Shown: positions 50,217 through 60,102 of the stretch, one piece after another
Layout: each line of letters begins with the position of its first letter
How positions within the stretch are numbered: the stretch's first letter is position 1
Sequence record: NC_071007.1
Length of the DNA: 64,000 nt
Direction: 5' to 3' (one strand)
Translations under genes and position numbers: made by a program
Notes under the pieces: model-generated
The model's database searches: none
Told to the model about the DNA's origin: nothing
The model's input: the letters and a program-made list of their open reading frames with translations, nothing else

Positions 50217-52418
50217 ATGAGCGTTAAAGTCCCTTTTAAGGACAGTAATCTTATATCACGTTCATTTCGATTAATGAGCGATGGGATATCAGATCCTGCC
50301 GATGCTTTATTGCGTTCAGATTACGATTTATATACATCATTTTTCTCAACTGCAATTGGGGATAATAAATATATTAACCCTTTACCTGGATTCGGATTAA
50401 ATACTGATCCTTATCCAAAACCCATTATGCAAAATACCATGGGTAATATGGGCCGTTACTATAAGCGTATTTATCATGATAATGCACAGATGGTAACCTT
50501 TACAGCCGGTGTTCCTGAGTTTACAGGGATGTTGCAATTCTTACTTAATATGTTTGATTATTCAGCAGCAACATTAGTAACTAAGGGACGTGCACCAAGT
50601 TGGGCTTTCTATATCACCCAAGCAGCCAGTTCAATTGCGTTTTGGCCAGCGCAATTGGTTGCTACTTCATTTAACTTTTTTGAATTCTTAACCAACACTC
50701 CTAAGAATAAATGGTATTATCATAAAACTGCTATGGGCGCTTATTTAACAGCATCCCAAGGTGTTTTTAATGATTTAATGGTTGCTGCCGGTTGGACATT
50801 AACAGTTCTACCAAAGCAAGGTGATACCATTGGCGGTACTGCAAAACAAAATACTGAAACAGGTAGTAAAGGTTACGAAACTCGAAGTAGTGCCGCACAA
50901 TCAAACTTTAGTTATCTAAATTCAATGTTCCCTGATGCAATTAATGAAGACGGAACCATTGATATTACTAAAGTAGCATTACGTGGTGTTAGAAAGTTTA
51001 GACACTTTACCAAGAAAATAAAAGACCTTGATGAAGCCGGTGGGATTAGAACAGTTGAAGAAAAAGATTTAGCAATTGAAAAGATTCTTCAACAACTCAT
51101 TTCGGACGGTAATTTTGTTAATGGTAAAGTTGGTGCGTATGAGAATAAAGGAACTGCTGATTACTTAATGGCAGAACTAAAAACAGTTGGCGCGCATCGT
51201 GGGGATGAAGAAATCGCATTTCCTGAAATTGCATCCAGTTATACCAACCCAGAGCCTTATGCAAAAATTAATCCTGAAGATCCAGCTTTTGCATCTAATA
51301 CTGGGTTGGGTCAAGATCCTTTAAATGATATTCGCAATAAATTAAGTGCATATGACAGTGCTAACTATGGGTTAGATAATAATGGTGCTACTGGTAATTC
51401 TGGAAATGGAACAACGCCTGATTTATCAGGTAATGTTCCAGAGAGTTTTTCAGATGGCGGGTTATCAGAAAACGGCTGGGCAACAGAGATTGGTCAACTT
51501 TTATTAGATCAGTTTTACGGTGGTATGGATGGAATTACATTCAGGACTGAAGGTACAGGTTCAGTAAGTGATTCCTTCTCAAACCAAACTACTCAATCCG
51601 CAATTGCTAGTGCATTTAACAATACTGTCCAAGCTGTCTCTGATTTCAAATTTAACATTGGTGGTGGTGTTACTGGTATTGACATCATTGACGGTTTTAT
51701 GGGAACAGTAAAAGATGCAGTGGCTGGGGTGGCGGCAGGGTCAGTGATTGGTAACGTTCCATTGGCATTACTTGGGAACTCCAGGGTAGATATTGCTGAA
51801 CACTGGTCAGATTCTACTACCAACTTACATACGGAAACATTTAATTTCTATTTTGAAGCTCCTTACGCGCACCCTTATTCTATTGCAACAAATGTCTTTT
51901 TACCATTAAGTTTAATATTACCTTTTGTTGTTCCATTTGCTACAGGTGGATCTACTTACGGCTCACCATTTTTGATTAAAGCATTCCAGCGTGGTAAATC
52001 CATTATTCGTTTAGGGATTGTCAGAAATGCCAGTATTACATTTGGGGAAGGTCCGCTCGGGTTTACCCAAGACATGAAACCTAGAAATGCAAGGGTTTCT
52101 ATTGAAGTAGCTGATCTTGAACAAGTAATGGCTGTTCCTATAGCAAGATTAACGAATCCTTTAGATTTGTTAAACTTAGCTAAACAGTCTTCTAGGTATT
52201 TAGGTGATCTTGGTAAGTATAACGACTGGGTTAATAGAACAGCAGGGACTGATTATCTTGATACAGTTCTGCGTTATAATGATCTTAATCGTCGTTTAAC
52301 ACGATTTACTACTGATACCAAAAACTTGTTTAAAGCTTCTACAATCGCTAATGTTGTCAGTGACAGCATTGTTGGAGACATTGGTAGAATATTTACTTCA
52401 AGGAGCCTTAATAGATGA
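50217..52418 (+). CDS. Baseplate/tail structural protein (phiKZ gp182-like)
   Basis: 733 aa directly after the tape measure; GAGG RBS; synteny. Confidence 0.7.
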   Translation: MSVKVPFKDSNLISRSFRLMSDGISDPADALLRSDYDLYTSFFSTAIGDNKYINPLPGFGLNTDPYPKPIMQNTMGNMGRYYKRIYHDNAQMVTFTAGVPEFTGMLQFLLNMFDYSAATLVTKGRAPSWAFYITQAASSIAFWPAQLVATSFNFFEFLTNTPKNKWYYHKTAMGAYLTASQGVFNDLMVAAGWTLTVLPKQGDTIGGTAKQNTETGSKGYETRSSAAQSNFSYLNSMFPDAINEDGTIDITKVALRGVRKFRHFTKKIKDLDEAGGIRTVEEKDLAIEKILQQLISDGNFVNGKVGAYENKGTADYLMAELKTVGAHRGDEEIAFPEIASSYTNPEPYAKINPEDPAFASNTGLGQDPLNDIRNKLSAYDSANYGLDNNGATGNSGNGTTPDLSGNVPESFSDGGLSENGWATEIGQLLLDQFYGGMDGITFRTEGTGSVSDSFSNQTTQSAIASAFNNTVQAVSDFKFNIGGGVTGIDIIDGFMGTVKDAVAGVAAGSVIGNVPLALLGNSRVDIAEHWSDSTTNLHTETFNFYFEAPYAHPYSIATNVFLPLSLILPFVVPFATGGSTYGSPFLIKAFQRGKSIIRLGIVRNASITFGEGPLGFTQDMKPRNARVSIEVADLEQVMAVPIARLTNPLDLLNLAKQSSRYLGDLGKYNDWVNRTAGTDYLDTVLRYNDLNRRLTRFTTDTKNLFKASTIANVVSDSIVGDIGRIFTSRSLNR

Positions 52419-52624
52419 CAAGGACAATTTTTGAGTTCAGTTTAATTAACGCTACAGAAATTAATATTCATTTTATATAAGCAAACGTCCACCAATGTCT
52501 TTGTGGAAAAAGAGCAATGCACAGAAATTGCGCTTGGAGATATTGTACTTTAGATGAAGCCATACAACTTACAAATAAACTTACACCAAAAATTGTTGCC
52601 ACACTAAGGCCTTTAAATCGATAA
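52415..52624 (+). pseudogene. Small Cys-rich ORF broken by an in-frame TAA at codon 22
   Basis: ATGA overlap with upstream gene; frame continues past the TAA as ANVHQCLCGKRAMHRNCAWRYC...PLNR*. Confidence 0.45.
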
Positions 52625-52630
52625 ATAAAC

Positions 52631-52664
52631 AACTCTCTCTAGCCATTAATGGCTAGAGAGAGTT
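52631..52664. terminator. Perfect 34-bp spacerless palindrome between convergent genes
   Basis: AACTCTCTCTAGCCATT/AATGGCTAGAGAGAGTT. Confidence 0.75.
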
Positions 52665-52675
52665 TACTTTTGTAC

Positions 52676-53791
52676 TTAATTTTGAAAATCAATTGCTTTT
52701 GGAAAATCCTTTAAAAATACATCGATAGCGCTTGCATCATTGAATAATCCAGCTGAACAAAGCAACGGGTGATACTGGGGAAATTCTTGGAGTAGCAGTT
52801 TGGCAGATTCGCTAATGGAATTTACTACAGCTAAATTTGTTACCATTCCAAATTCAGTGGCTGTTTTAAACCAATCGACACCCCCAACTTGAACTAATAA
52901 AGTATTTAACAAAGTGGCTAATTGGGGATAATCTTCTTCATATGTGTCACTTGTGAAATAGAATCCAGCCAATGTTCTTTCAATTAAATCAGGATATTGA
53001 GCACGGACTTTGTTCAATCCTTCTTTTCCAATTATTTCTAACATTTTATTAATGGATTGAATATCACCTCTTGCAATACAATATTCCATTGAATTAATAA
53101 TAGCATTGTGATAATCAGATTGGAACAGGTATTGGTCGCCAAATGTTTCATAACTTTGATACATTGCGTTTTCAGCTGCCTGCCGTATCATTGTATTCAA
53201 TACAGCATTAACACCAGCAATGTTAACAATACCAGCAAAAGCACCATTTTCTTTCCCTAAGAAATTAATCAGTGTTTCGCCCATTGACATTTGCCAACCG
53301 TCTCTAATAGCAACCTTTGTACCATCAGCAAAGAACAGTCCGGAACTTAGTCCCCCGGTCATGGAATCCAGTTCTTTTAAAAACTCATCTCCCATGAGTT
53401 GTTTAATGTCAGAAGAAGAGCCAACATTGAATCCTAATCCATTACTTGCCAAACGTAGCAGTTCGCTGCTGTTTACTTTAAATCCATCTTCATAACTTAA
53501 CACATTAGCAAGCTGGGGGTTATTTAATATCCCGCCAACTAAGTCACTTGCACCTTGAATAATCTTATCAATGTTAATTGATTTAAAAGTAGTAACAGCA
53601 TTGACCAATCGACTATCTGATTCACTTACTAATGCCACACCGCTGTTGGTGGCTTCACCAACTGATTTTAATGGATTAATTAATTGTGATGTTAGCCCAC
53701 TAACTGATTCTCCAATTGATTTACTTAATGATTCAATTGGGTTGTTTTGAGTTACACCTGAAAATAAACCACTTTGTCCAAGTAAATTCAT
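52676..53791 (-). CDS. Conserved phiKZ-like probable virion protein (371 aa)
   Basis: AAGGA RBS; Ser/Gly-rich N-terminus. Confidence 0.6.
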   Translation of the reverse strand: MNLLGQSGLFSGVTQNNPIESLSKSIGESVSGLTSQLINPLKSVGEATNSGVALVSESDSRLVNAVTTFKSINIDKIIQGASDLVGGILNNPQLANVLSYEDGFKVNSSELLRLASNGLGFNVGSSSDIKQLMGDEFLKELDSMTGGLSSGLFFADGTKVAIRDGWQMSMGETLINFLGKENGAFAGIVNIAGVNAVLNTMIRQAAENAMYQSYETFGDQYLFQSDYHNAIINSMEYCIARGDIQSINKMLEIIGKEGLNKVRAQYPDLIERTLAGFYFTSDTYEEDYPQLATLLNTLLVQVGGVDWFKTATEFGMVTNLAVVNSISESAKLLLQEFPQYHPLLCSAGLFNDASAIDVFLKDFPKAIDFQN

Positions 53792-53823
53792 ATAAAATCC
53801 TTAAATAAAAAATAATAATAAAT

Positions 53824-53857
53824 AGTTGTTACTCCAGCATTGGCTGGAGTAACAACT
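53824..53857 (-). terminator. Intrinsic terminator
   Basis: 15-bp perfect stem. Confidence 0.75.
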
Positions 53858-53863
53858 GACGAT

Positions 53864-54289
53864 CTATTCGTCTGTATCGGGAGTAATAGGTGCTCTGGTT
53901 GGTCTAAGATAAGAAGTTTCACTTACCTCAAATTTCTCACCGGTCTCAAGTTCACATTCTAACCGAATGGTTACTTTTCGAATCTTGAGAATCTTTAATC
54001 CCTCTATCAATTTATTAAAGCTAAGTGTCTTACTAAAAAAGTAAGCACTGTTTGCATTTCCAAGACTTGTCCCCCTTGCTTTTTTAACTTCAAAAGAGGA
54101 ACCGGAATCGTCAGGATGAATGAAACGCAAATGGTCAGTCATATATGACTTCCACATAGCCATGTTTACATTAAGCTTGTCCATGACTTTGCGAAACATT
54201 CGTGCAGGAGTATCGGTCAATTGTTCGGTAGGGGTATAATTTTTATTTGTACCGAAGTTTGCGGTGCCCTTTTCTTTGCTATTCTTCAT
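53864..54289 (-). CDS. Conserved hypothetical protein (141 aa)
   Basis: Basic, helical; overlaps the upstream gene. Confidence 0.7.
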   Translation of the reverse strand: MKNSKEKGTANFGTNKNYTPTEQLTDTPARMFRKVMDKLNVNMAMWKSYMTDHLRFIHPDDSGSSFEVKKARGTSLGNANSAYFFSKTLSFNKLIEGLKILKIRKVTIRLECELETGEKFEVSETSYLRPTRAPITPDTDE

Positions 54290-54839
54290 AAGCGCTCTCT
54301 AAATAAAAATCTAATATGAAGGTGGCGTCGACTAGTAATAGTCTATATAATAGACTCTCTAAAAATAGTTCTTCTTTTTCATCGAGCACGACTCTTACTA
54401 GTGGGTTTCCATCAAACCCTGTTGGGATATTTTCATCTTCAATAGCAATTTGAATTTGAAGAAAATATTGAATATGTTGAAAAAATTCAATAACGCTTTC
54501 TTCACTTGAATACCAAAGAGAAAAATATTTGGTAGCTTGTTTTGAAACTATAGATGGATTAGGTGAAGTTGTATCAATAACACTATCCAGTCTTTTAAGC
54601 TTCTTCAGCGCTTCTGAGGAGCTTTTTGAATGGACCTGAATAAGTTTCAGTGACCCATATCCCAAATCGTCTTTAAAGCTCACTACAGGGCTTTTTAGGA
54701 TATTGTGTAAAGCGACTATGTACTTGTTATTAAAGTAACCTCCTGTAAAATCATCCTTGATTAAATCAAGTTGTTTTTTTAGTTTCAGTATTTCACGTTT
54801 TCGAAAGAAACTAAACAACATTAAAAATTTCTTTAGCAT
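54279..54839 (-). CDS. Hypothetical protein (186 aa)
   Basis: Downstream of promoter motif 54883-54915. Confidence 0.7.
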   Translation of the reverse strand: MLKKFLMLFSFFRKREILKLKKQLDLIKDDFTGGYFNNKYIVALHNILKSPVVSFKDDLGYGSLKLIQVHSKSSSEALKKLKRLDSVIDTTSPNPSIVSKQATKYFSLWYSSEESVIEFFQHIQYFLQIQIAIEDENIPTGFDGNPLVRVVLDEKEELFLESLLYRLLLVDATFILDFYLESAYEE

Positions 54840-54882
54840 AGTTGCCTAACCTTTTGTTAAAATGAAACTTCACTGTTGTTTA

Positions 54883-54915
54883 CACACAGTGATAATATCT
54901 ATTTGAATTTTTATG
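54883..54915 (-). promoter_or_regulatory. Second exact copy of the 33-bp promoter element
   Basis: Identical to 10735-10767. Confidence 0.7.
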
Positions 54916-54926
54916 AGGTATCGATA

Positions 54927-55463
54927 ATGTACGAAGATGACATGGAGGATTCTGGGATACTACCTAATCCAGTGGAAAATTCTCCTGCCGACATTGCGTT
55001 AAAAGAAAAAGAAGAACTGATGATTAATCTCCAAACTATCCTTAATAAAGGAAGTAGTAAAGAGACTGAATCAGAACTTCTAAATTGCATCCAAAAGAAT
55101 CGAAAATTAATGTTAGATGTGGCCACTGCAACATTTATCAAAAAACCCAATAACTCAAAGCTACTTGATTCTATCAATACATTGTTGGCCGGTTTAGAAA
55201 AATCTGTTCGAGATGATCGTAAAGAGAAATTAAAAGATCGAGAGCTTGAAGATAATAAAACAAGCTTTGCAAGCCTTGTAAATGCGCTTAAAGAAGTTTC
55301 TGCTGGTAAGTTGACTCTACCTAGTTACGATGGTCTTGCAATGATTCTGGATCCGTTGAAACCCATTACAGAGCTAGACGAAGAAGAACAAATCAAAGAA
55401 GAAGAAAAAGAGCAAGGTCGACAAGAAATAGATGTAGCAGAGATTGAAGGAAGCTTTGATTAA
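54927..55463 (+). CDS. Acidic coiled-coil protein (likely start MYEDD)
   Basis: GAGGT RBS before 54927. Confidence 0.7.
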   Translation: MYEDDMEDSGILPNPVENSPADIALKEKEELMINLQTILNKGSSKETESELLNCIQKNRKLMLDVATATFIKKPNNSKLLDSINTLLAGLEKSVRDDRKEKLKDRELEDNKTSFASLVNALKEVSAGKLTLPSYDGLAMILDPLKPITELDEEEQIKEEEKEQGRQEIDVAEIEGSFD

Positions 55464-55472
55464 ATTGAGAAA

Positions 55473-55500
55473 CCTCTAGAGAGCAATTGCTCTCTAGAGG
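55473..55500. terminator. Perfect 28-bp palindrome between convergent genes
   Basis: CCTCTAGAGAGCAA/TTGCTCTCTAGAGG. Confidence 0.75.
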
Positions 55501-55503
55501 GAA

Positions 55504-56235
55504 TTACTCTTTGTAATCAAAAATAGAAACTGCCACTGCAATAATTGAAATTTTTCCACCTTGAGCAGCATTCAGTTTACTGATTAAAGAACCTGGAGTT
55601 TCTACTTCCATTTCACTGGGAAGAGAACCTTTACGAGCATACAACTCAGGAACAATAAATTTTGCCCCACTGTTTATTGAGTTACCATATTTGCTCCAAT
55701 AATTTTCCATTGTTTTGGAAACAAGGAAATTATATTTGAAGATATAGTTGTATGCATGTAGAAAATTAGGTTCAATGTCTTCATCTGCAATATAAACAAA
55801 ATTTAATCCAATAGTGAATTTAATTGCAGCTCGAATAACTGATTCCAATTCACCTTTTTCTACATCAGAAAGTTGGTATGGGAAAGTATTGACAGTTAAA
55901 TTAAAACTGTCAGTTTGAAACATTTTTCCTACGCCGAATTCAATTTCTCGAACAATAGGGAAAATATGATTAATGAGTTTACTCGGTATTGCATAAACTG
56001 TATTTAGGTCAACCCAATCTTCTTTTGTCCGTTTAGCAAAACGGTCCAAGAAGTTTTGTTCAGTAATCCCAAACTCAGGATAATCATAAATATCGTATTT
56101 ACGCCTTTTGTAAATTTCAGCAAAGTTACGATTCCAATCAAATTCTTTTTTACCAGATTCGATAGCTAACTTATGCAAAATCATTCGCCGAGTGTCCCAA
56201 AGGGAATCCAGATCAGTAAAAATATTAATTGCCAT
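55504..56235 (-). CDS. Conserved phiKZ-like protein (243 aa)
   Basis: N-terminal IFTDLDSLWDTR; AAGGGGG RBS. Confidence 0.7.
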   Translation of the reverse strand: MAINIFTDLDSLWDTRRMILHKLAIESGKKEFDWNRNFAEIYKRRKYDIYDYPEFGITEQNFLDRFAKRTKEDWVDLNTVYAIPSKLINHIFPIVREIEFGVGKMFQTDSFNLTVNTFPYQLSDVEKGELESVIRAAIKFTIGLNFVYIADEDIEPNFLHAYNYIFKYNFLVSKTMENYWSKYGNSINSGAKFIVPELYARKGSLPSEMEVETPGSLISKLNAAQGGKISIIAVAVSIFDYKE

Positions 56236-56723
56236 TAATCCCCCTTGTTAAGTACATTATCAATAATCAACAAACTTAATTGGGGTTTATTAATAGCAAT
56301 AAACAAAATCAATTTAGCAAATGAATTTGACTGGTTATCCAAATCTATTACCAATGTTTTTAAATCCAACGCATCATCTAATTCTGAAAAGGATATCATG
56401 GTTGTTTTAATTGCGTCATTAGCAAAGGGATTAGATTTAATTCTAATTAGAAAACGGGCAGCATAGTCATACAGCTCTTTGTTTTGACCTAACGCTGTTT
56501 TTAGTGTTTCCAAAGATTCATTAAATGAAGCGATACTGGTTTCAAAGAAGTGTGTATTTATCTGAGCCCAAAATTGAAATCCCCCGCTTTGGTTTTTTGA
56601 TTCAATTGAAATTTCAGTTGCAATTGCATTTACCAAAAATTGAACAGGATCATAAAAAACTGGTGTGGTATCAGTTGGTTTTTCAGTATCGGGTGAAGAT
56701 TGTTTAAATAATAAATCACGCAT
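56235..56723 (-). CDS. Hypothetical protein (162 aa)
   Basis: Coupled ORF in leftward operon. Confidence 0.7.
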   Translation of the reverse strand: MRDLLFKQSSPDTEKPTDTTPVFYDPVQFLVNAIATEISIESKNQSGGFQFWAQINTHFFETSIASFNESLETLKTALGQNKELYDYAARFLIRIKSNPFANDAIKTTMISFSELDDALDLKTLVIDLDNQSNSFAKLILFIAINKPQLSLLIIDNVLNKGD

Positions 56724-56726
56724 AGA

Positions 56727-57395
56727 TTACCCCAAGTTATTATCCAGCAATTGGGCGCGCAACAGGAAATGTGCTGTCCTAAGGGATTTAACTCCGTTAC
56801 CATTTTTCAAAGCAGCCTGGGTAGTTGTTGTCCCGGTTTGAATAATATCAGATTTATAACTCCGATAAGCTGCTATATCACCACCTCGAACATCGGCCAG
56901 TTCCTTTGCCATTGTCTTTAAACCAAGAGAAAGTAAAACTTGTATCTCTGGGTTAGAAATACCGCCTGCTTTAGAATCCCCTGTTGGTTGGCCAGTTAGA
57001 TCTTCAATCTCATGGTCGTGTTTTGAAGCACCAAACTTTTTAGTCAACAACTGACGTTGCTTACGTGTCTCTGCAATCCCCACAATCGCTGTCTTAGGTG
57101 TTTCAAACTCAAGCCCAGTGTCTGGGTCGGTAAAGATCAAGGATTGCTCTAAGGGGATATCAAGCTCTTTTGCTAGTTTACAAAGATCGTCATAGTTAAT
57201 CGCATTTTCAGGTTTGTCATTCTCGACAAACATGGGAATAAAACCAGAATCACAGACCTCATTCCAAAACTGTTTAAATTGGTCATCGGTCAGAGTTTTA
57301 AAAAGAGAAGTATAAATCTTCTCACCAAACCCGCTGGGAGTAAAACGATTAGCTAAAAATAAAATATCAGTTTCTATTTCTTTCCTATTTTTCAT
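56727..57395 (-). CDS. rpoB: vRNAP beta C-terminal fragment (phiKZ gp149-like)
   Basis: LTGQPTGDSKAGGISNPEIQVLLSLGLKTMAKELADVRGGD matches RpoB VTQQPLGG..GGQRFGEMEVWALEAYGA..LQEMLTVKSDD. Confidence 0.8.
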   Translation of the reverse strand: MKNRKEIETDILFLANRFTPSGFGEKIYTSLFKTLTDDQFKQFWNEVCDSGFIPMFVENDKPENAINYDDLCKLAKELDIPLEQSLIFTDPDTGLEFETPKTAIVGIAETRKQRQLLTKKFGASKHDHEIEDLTGQPTGDSKAGGISNPEIQVLLSLGLKTMAKELADVRGGDIAAYRSYKSDIIQTGTTTTQAALKNGNGVKSLRTAHFLLRAQLLDNNLG

Positions 57396-57748
57396 GATCG
57401 TTTCTCATACTTATAAATGGTTGTACTTTTCTCAGCTTCAGTTGCTTTTGCAGCTACCGCCTCGATATACGAATCATTTTCATAATTAGCAATGAATACA
57501 ATTTCATTTAGTTGAGAAAGATATTCATCAATTGATTTAACAAATACCGTTTTATTTTTGTCATCTGTTGGTTGTTGTTCCAAACCAGGGCAAGCGTACT
57601 TGCCCTCAACAGTGACCATCCGAAGTTTATTGTCACCTGCACGTTTAGTCAAAAAGGTAGTCAACCTGGTTAGATAGTCAGCCAGGTCTTTTGCTTTATG
57701 AACAAAGTCAGGTTCAACAATTACCAATACAGAGTAGTCATAGTACAT
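57392..57748 (-). CDS. Conserved hypothetical protein (118 aa)
   Basis: Coupled between UvsX and the beta fragment. Confidence 0.7.
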   Translation of the reverse strand: MYYDYSVLVIVEPDFVHKAKDLADYLTRLTTFLTKRAGDNKLRMVTVEGKYACPGLEQQPTDDKNKTVFVKSIDEYLSQLNEIVFIANYENDSYIEAVAAKATEAEKSTTIYKYEKRS

Positions 57749-57751
57749 ATA

Positions 57752-59218
57752 TTATTTTTTCCAATAAGGTTTCTTTTTGTTGACAGCAATTTCCATCAAC
57801 TCATAAATGGTCAGTGTTTTTTCTTTAATGAACTCAGGGTTATCATGCCAGAAGTAAACGGTATTTTCCAAGATATCATCAATATCAACTTCTTGTTCTT
57901 TAAGAAGCTTATAAAGTTCTTCTGGACTAACACGCCATTCCTTTGGAAAGTCTGACCAGAAAGTTTGGACATACCAAAGATGATAACAAAGCTCAATGGC
58001 ACGTTGAAGTTTTTTATCTGCGTTTTCACCTTCCAGCAAATCCCGTGCAGTTGTCCGCATAATGGTGACTTCTGGATAAAGTGCACACTGATGCCGAGGC
58101 GCGCTTCCGACTAGACCGTAATAACCATTATCTTTCAAAGTGTCATACATAGACAGGTATTCTAAAATACCTTGTTCTTGGGAACCAATGAAGGATAGGT
58201 CTCCACCAGATTGTCCAGATTTATTTCTAAAGGTAGTGGTGTCATATTTAACTAATTCAGGGTTGCTTTTTGCGTTAGAGCAAATCTGTGATTCTTTATC
58301 TCTTGGGTAGAATACACTGTGGTCAGGTTGTTTAAGAACAGTCCCTTTAATGATTTCAACACCAATGTGTGGAAGTTTAAGAATTGCTTTAGGGGCTGCT
58401 ATCTTTTTATTATGGCGAAGGAAGGTAGAATCTTTTTCTTTTGGACGACCATCCATATTGATTACATCAGCAGATTGAGCAATCCAATAAGAACGAATAC
58501 CAACCCGAGGTCCGAGTGTACAAACGTCATTCATTAGAATACGGCGAAGGTTACCAATTTCCATATCCCGAGTACGTTTCTTACCACCTTCATCCATTTC
58601 ACCTTCATCAAATTGTTTAAACATCAATTTGTCAAAGTTGATTTCAGAAATTGAATCACAAATAAACAAAATGGGATGGTGAGTTTTAATCCGTTGTCCA
58701 GTTTTCTTGCTTTGATAAGGAGTTTCTAAAAACAGACTTTCATAAGCTTCTTTTTCTGCTTTGTCCTTAGAAACTGAAAGTGCTGTAATGTTCTTATAAA
58801 TTTCAAGAACACGATTATGAAGTTCAGTACCATCAATCCCTGCCGAGTTAGGCATATAGAAGAAACGTTTATCTTCTATATGTTCTTCAAAATACCCAGG
58901 GACCCCAAACAGACGATCGACTTCTGTCCCTAGCCGCTGAACGTCCAGAGTTGATTCACTGTCCCCATAAAGAACAATGGATTTACTAAACCGATACAAA
59001 AGAACAGCGACGTCTTTAACTGTACGACCAGTCTTTTGAGTGTTATTACCGCCAGCCAATGCATTAATTGGCATCAGACCACCATTCATCATCCAGATGT
59101 CATCATGACTCTTAATCATGTTGGTGGTAAGTAGATCAAAAATAGGAGAAACATTAAGACCAATTTGCAGGTTAGATTCTGCGCCATAATCTTTAATAAA
59201 ATTCAGGGCGGGAAGCAT
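57752..59218 (-). CDS. uvsX: RecA/UvsX-like recombinase (phiKZ gp152-like)
   Basis: PIFD..T....NGG, Walker A-like GGNNTQKT, YGDSE, Walker B FICDS; synteny. Confidence 0.75.
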   Translation of the reverse strand: MLPALNFIKDYGAESNLQIGLNVSPIFDLLTTNMIKSHDDIWMMNGGLMPINALAGGNNTQKTGRTVKDVAVLLYRFSKSIVLYGDSESTLDVQRLGTEVDRLFGVPGYFEEHIEDKRFFYMPNSAGIDGTELHNRVLEIYKNITALSVSKDKAEKEAYESLFLETPYQSKKTGQRIKTHHPILFICDSISEINFDKLMFKQFDEGEMDEGGKKRTRDMEIGNLRRILMNDVCTLGPRVGIRSYWIAQSADVINMDGRPKEKDSTFLRHNKKIAAPKAILKLPHIGVEIIKGTVLKQPDHSVFYPRDKESQICSNAKSNPELVKYDTTTFRNKSGQSGGDLSFIGSQEQGILEYLSMYDTLKDNGYYGLVGSAPRHQCALYPEVTIMRTTARDLLEGENADKKLQRAIELCYHLWYVQTFWSDFPKEWRVSPEELYKLLKEQEVDIDDILENTVYFWHDNPEFIKEKTLTIYELMEIAVNKKKPYWKK

Positions 59219-59228
59219 AAATATCCTC

Positions 59229-60053
59229 GTGAAATGTTATGTAACATTAGCCAATAAAATATGGAAACAAATTATGACTGTCAATATTTTTGATTTAGAT
59301 GCAGTTCATGGATCAGAAGATCTTAGCGTTGGTGAACGCATTAAATTACTGATTTCCGAGTTCTCTCTTGGTATAGACAAATTCAATGCCAAACATTTTA
59401 ACAAAAGCATTCATGTTGTTGATTTTCAAAACCTTCCTGCTAGGTTAAAAGCTAAAAATAATTATTTTAAAGTTTCTTTCAAACACATTCCTTCCCCAGT
59501 GTTTTTTAATCCAAAGGTCACAACCTTTAACGATTACGTACACTTAATTCTTCAAGGTATTGGTGCATTGAAATTAGCTAACACTCAGGCTGAAGATTTA
59601 TACCGCGGACTCAAGACATTGGCTGCTAAAGGTCAAGTTGTTCATTCCATCCGTAATAGTCAGCTAGTAGTAACACTCAATCAATTACGCGATCAAGTAC
59701 AAGAAAAGATTACTGATACCAAAACTTATAATCGCCCTGTTCAAGATCATTATAAAAACTGGGAAGAGTTTGATCAGATTGGAAAAATGTTTAATGCAGA
59801 AGTTGGGACGCTTCAATCTCGAGACACTGAAATCTTAGCTAAAAATATGGACAACTGCATTAGTGTCCTTAGATTAGTAAAGGATAAAGTTGACCGTTCC
59901 GAAATTATTTTAAATGACATTGAACGCACTAATTTAAATGAAGCTATTCAGCAGATGGATAGTAACGCTAAATTAGTAGGTGAGCTTCTTTCTTATATTG
60001 CTGAACTTAAAGCGGTATTTGAACAACAAATTCCTCAGTTGTTAAAAATGTAA
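59229..60053 (+). CDS. Probable virion protein (phiKZ gp153-like; likely start MTVNIF)
   Basis: Divergent from UvsX; helical; early HGSE/D site. Confidence 0.6.
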   Translation: MKCYVTLANKIWKQIMTVNIFDLDAVHGSEDLSVGERIKLLISEFSLGIDKFNAKHFNKSIHVVDFQNLPARLKAKNNYFKVSFKHIPSPVFFNPKVTTFNDYVHLILQGIGALKLANTQAEDLYRGLKTLAAKGQVVHSIRNSQLVVTLNQLRDQVQEKITDTKTYNRPVQDHYKNWEEFDQIGKMFNAEVGTLQSRDTEILAKNMDNCISVLRLVKDKVDRSEIILNDIERTNLNEAIQQMDSNAKLVGELLSYIAELKAVFEQQIPQLLKM

Positions 60054-60057
60054 TATC

Positions 60058-60086
60058 CCCTAGGTGAACCATCGGTTCACCTAGGG
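60058..60086. terminator. Bidirectional terminator
   Basis: 13-bp perfect stem, loop ATC. Confidence 0.8.
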
Positions 60087-60102
60087 TTTACTTTTGTTTT
60101 AC

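Noticed and set aside
57752-59218. Inactive recombinase because Walker A reads GGNNTQKT
   Set aside because: As I recall, divergent P-loops are normal in phiKZ-like UvsX proteins; Lys-Thr and Walker B are retained
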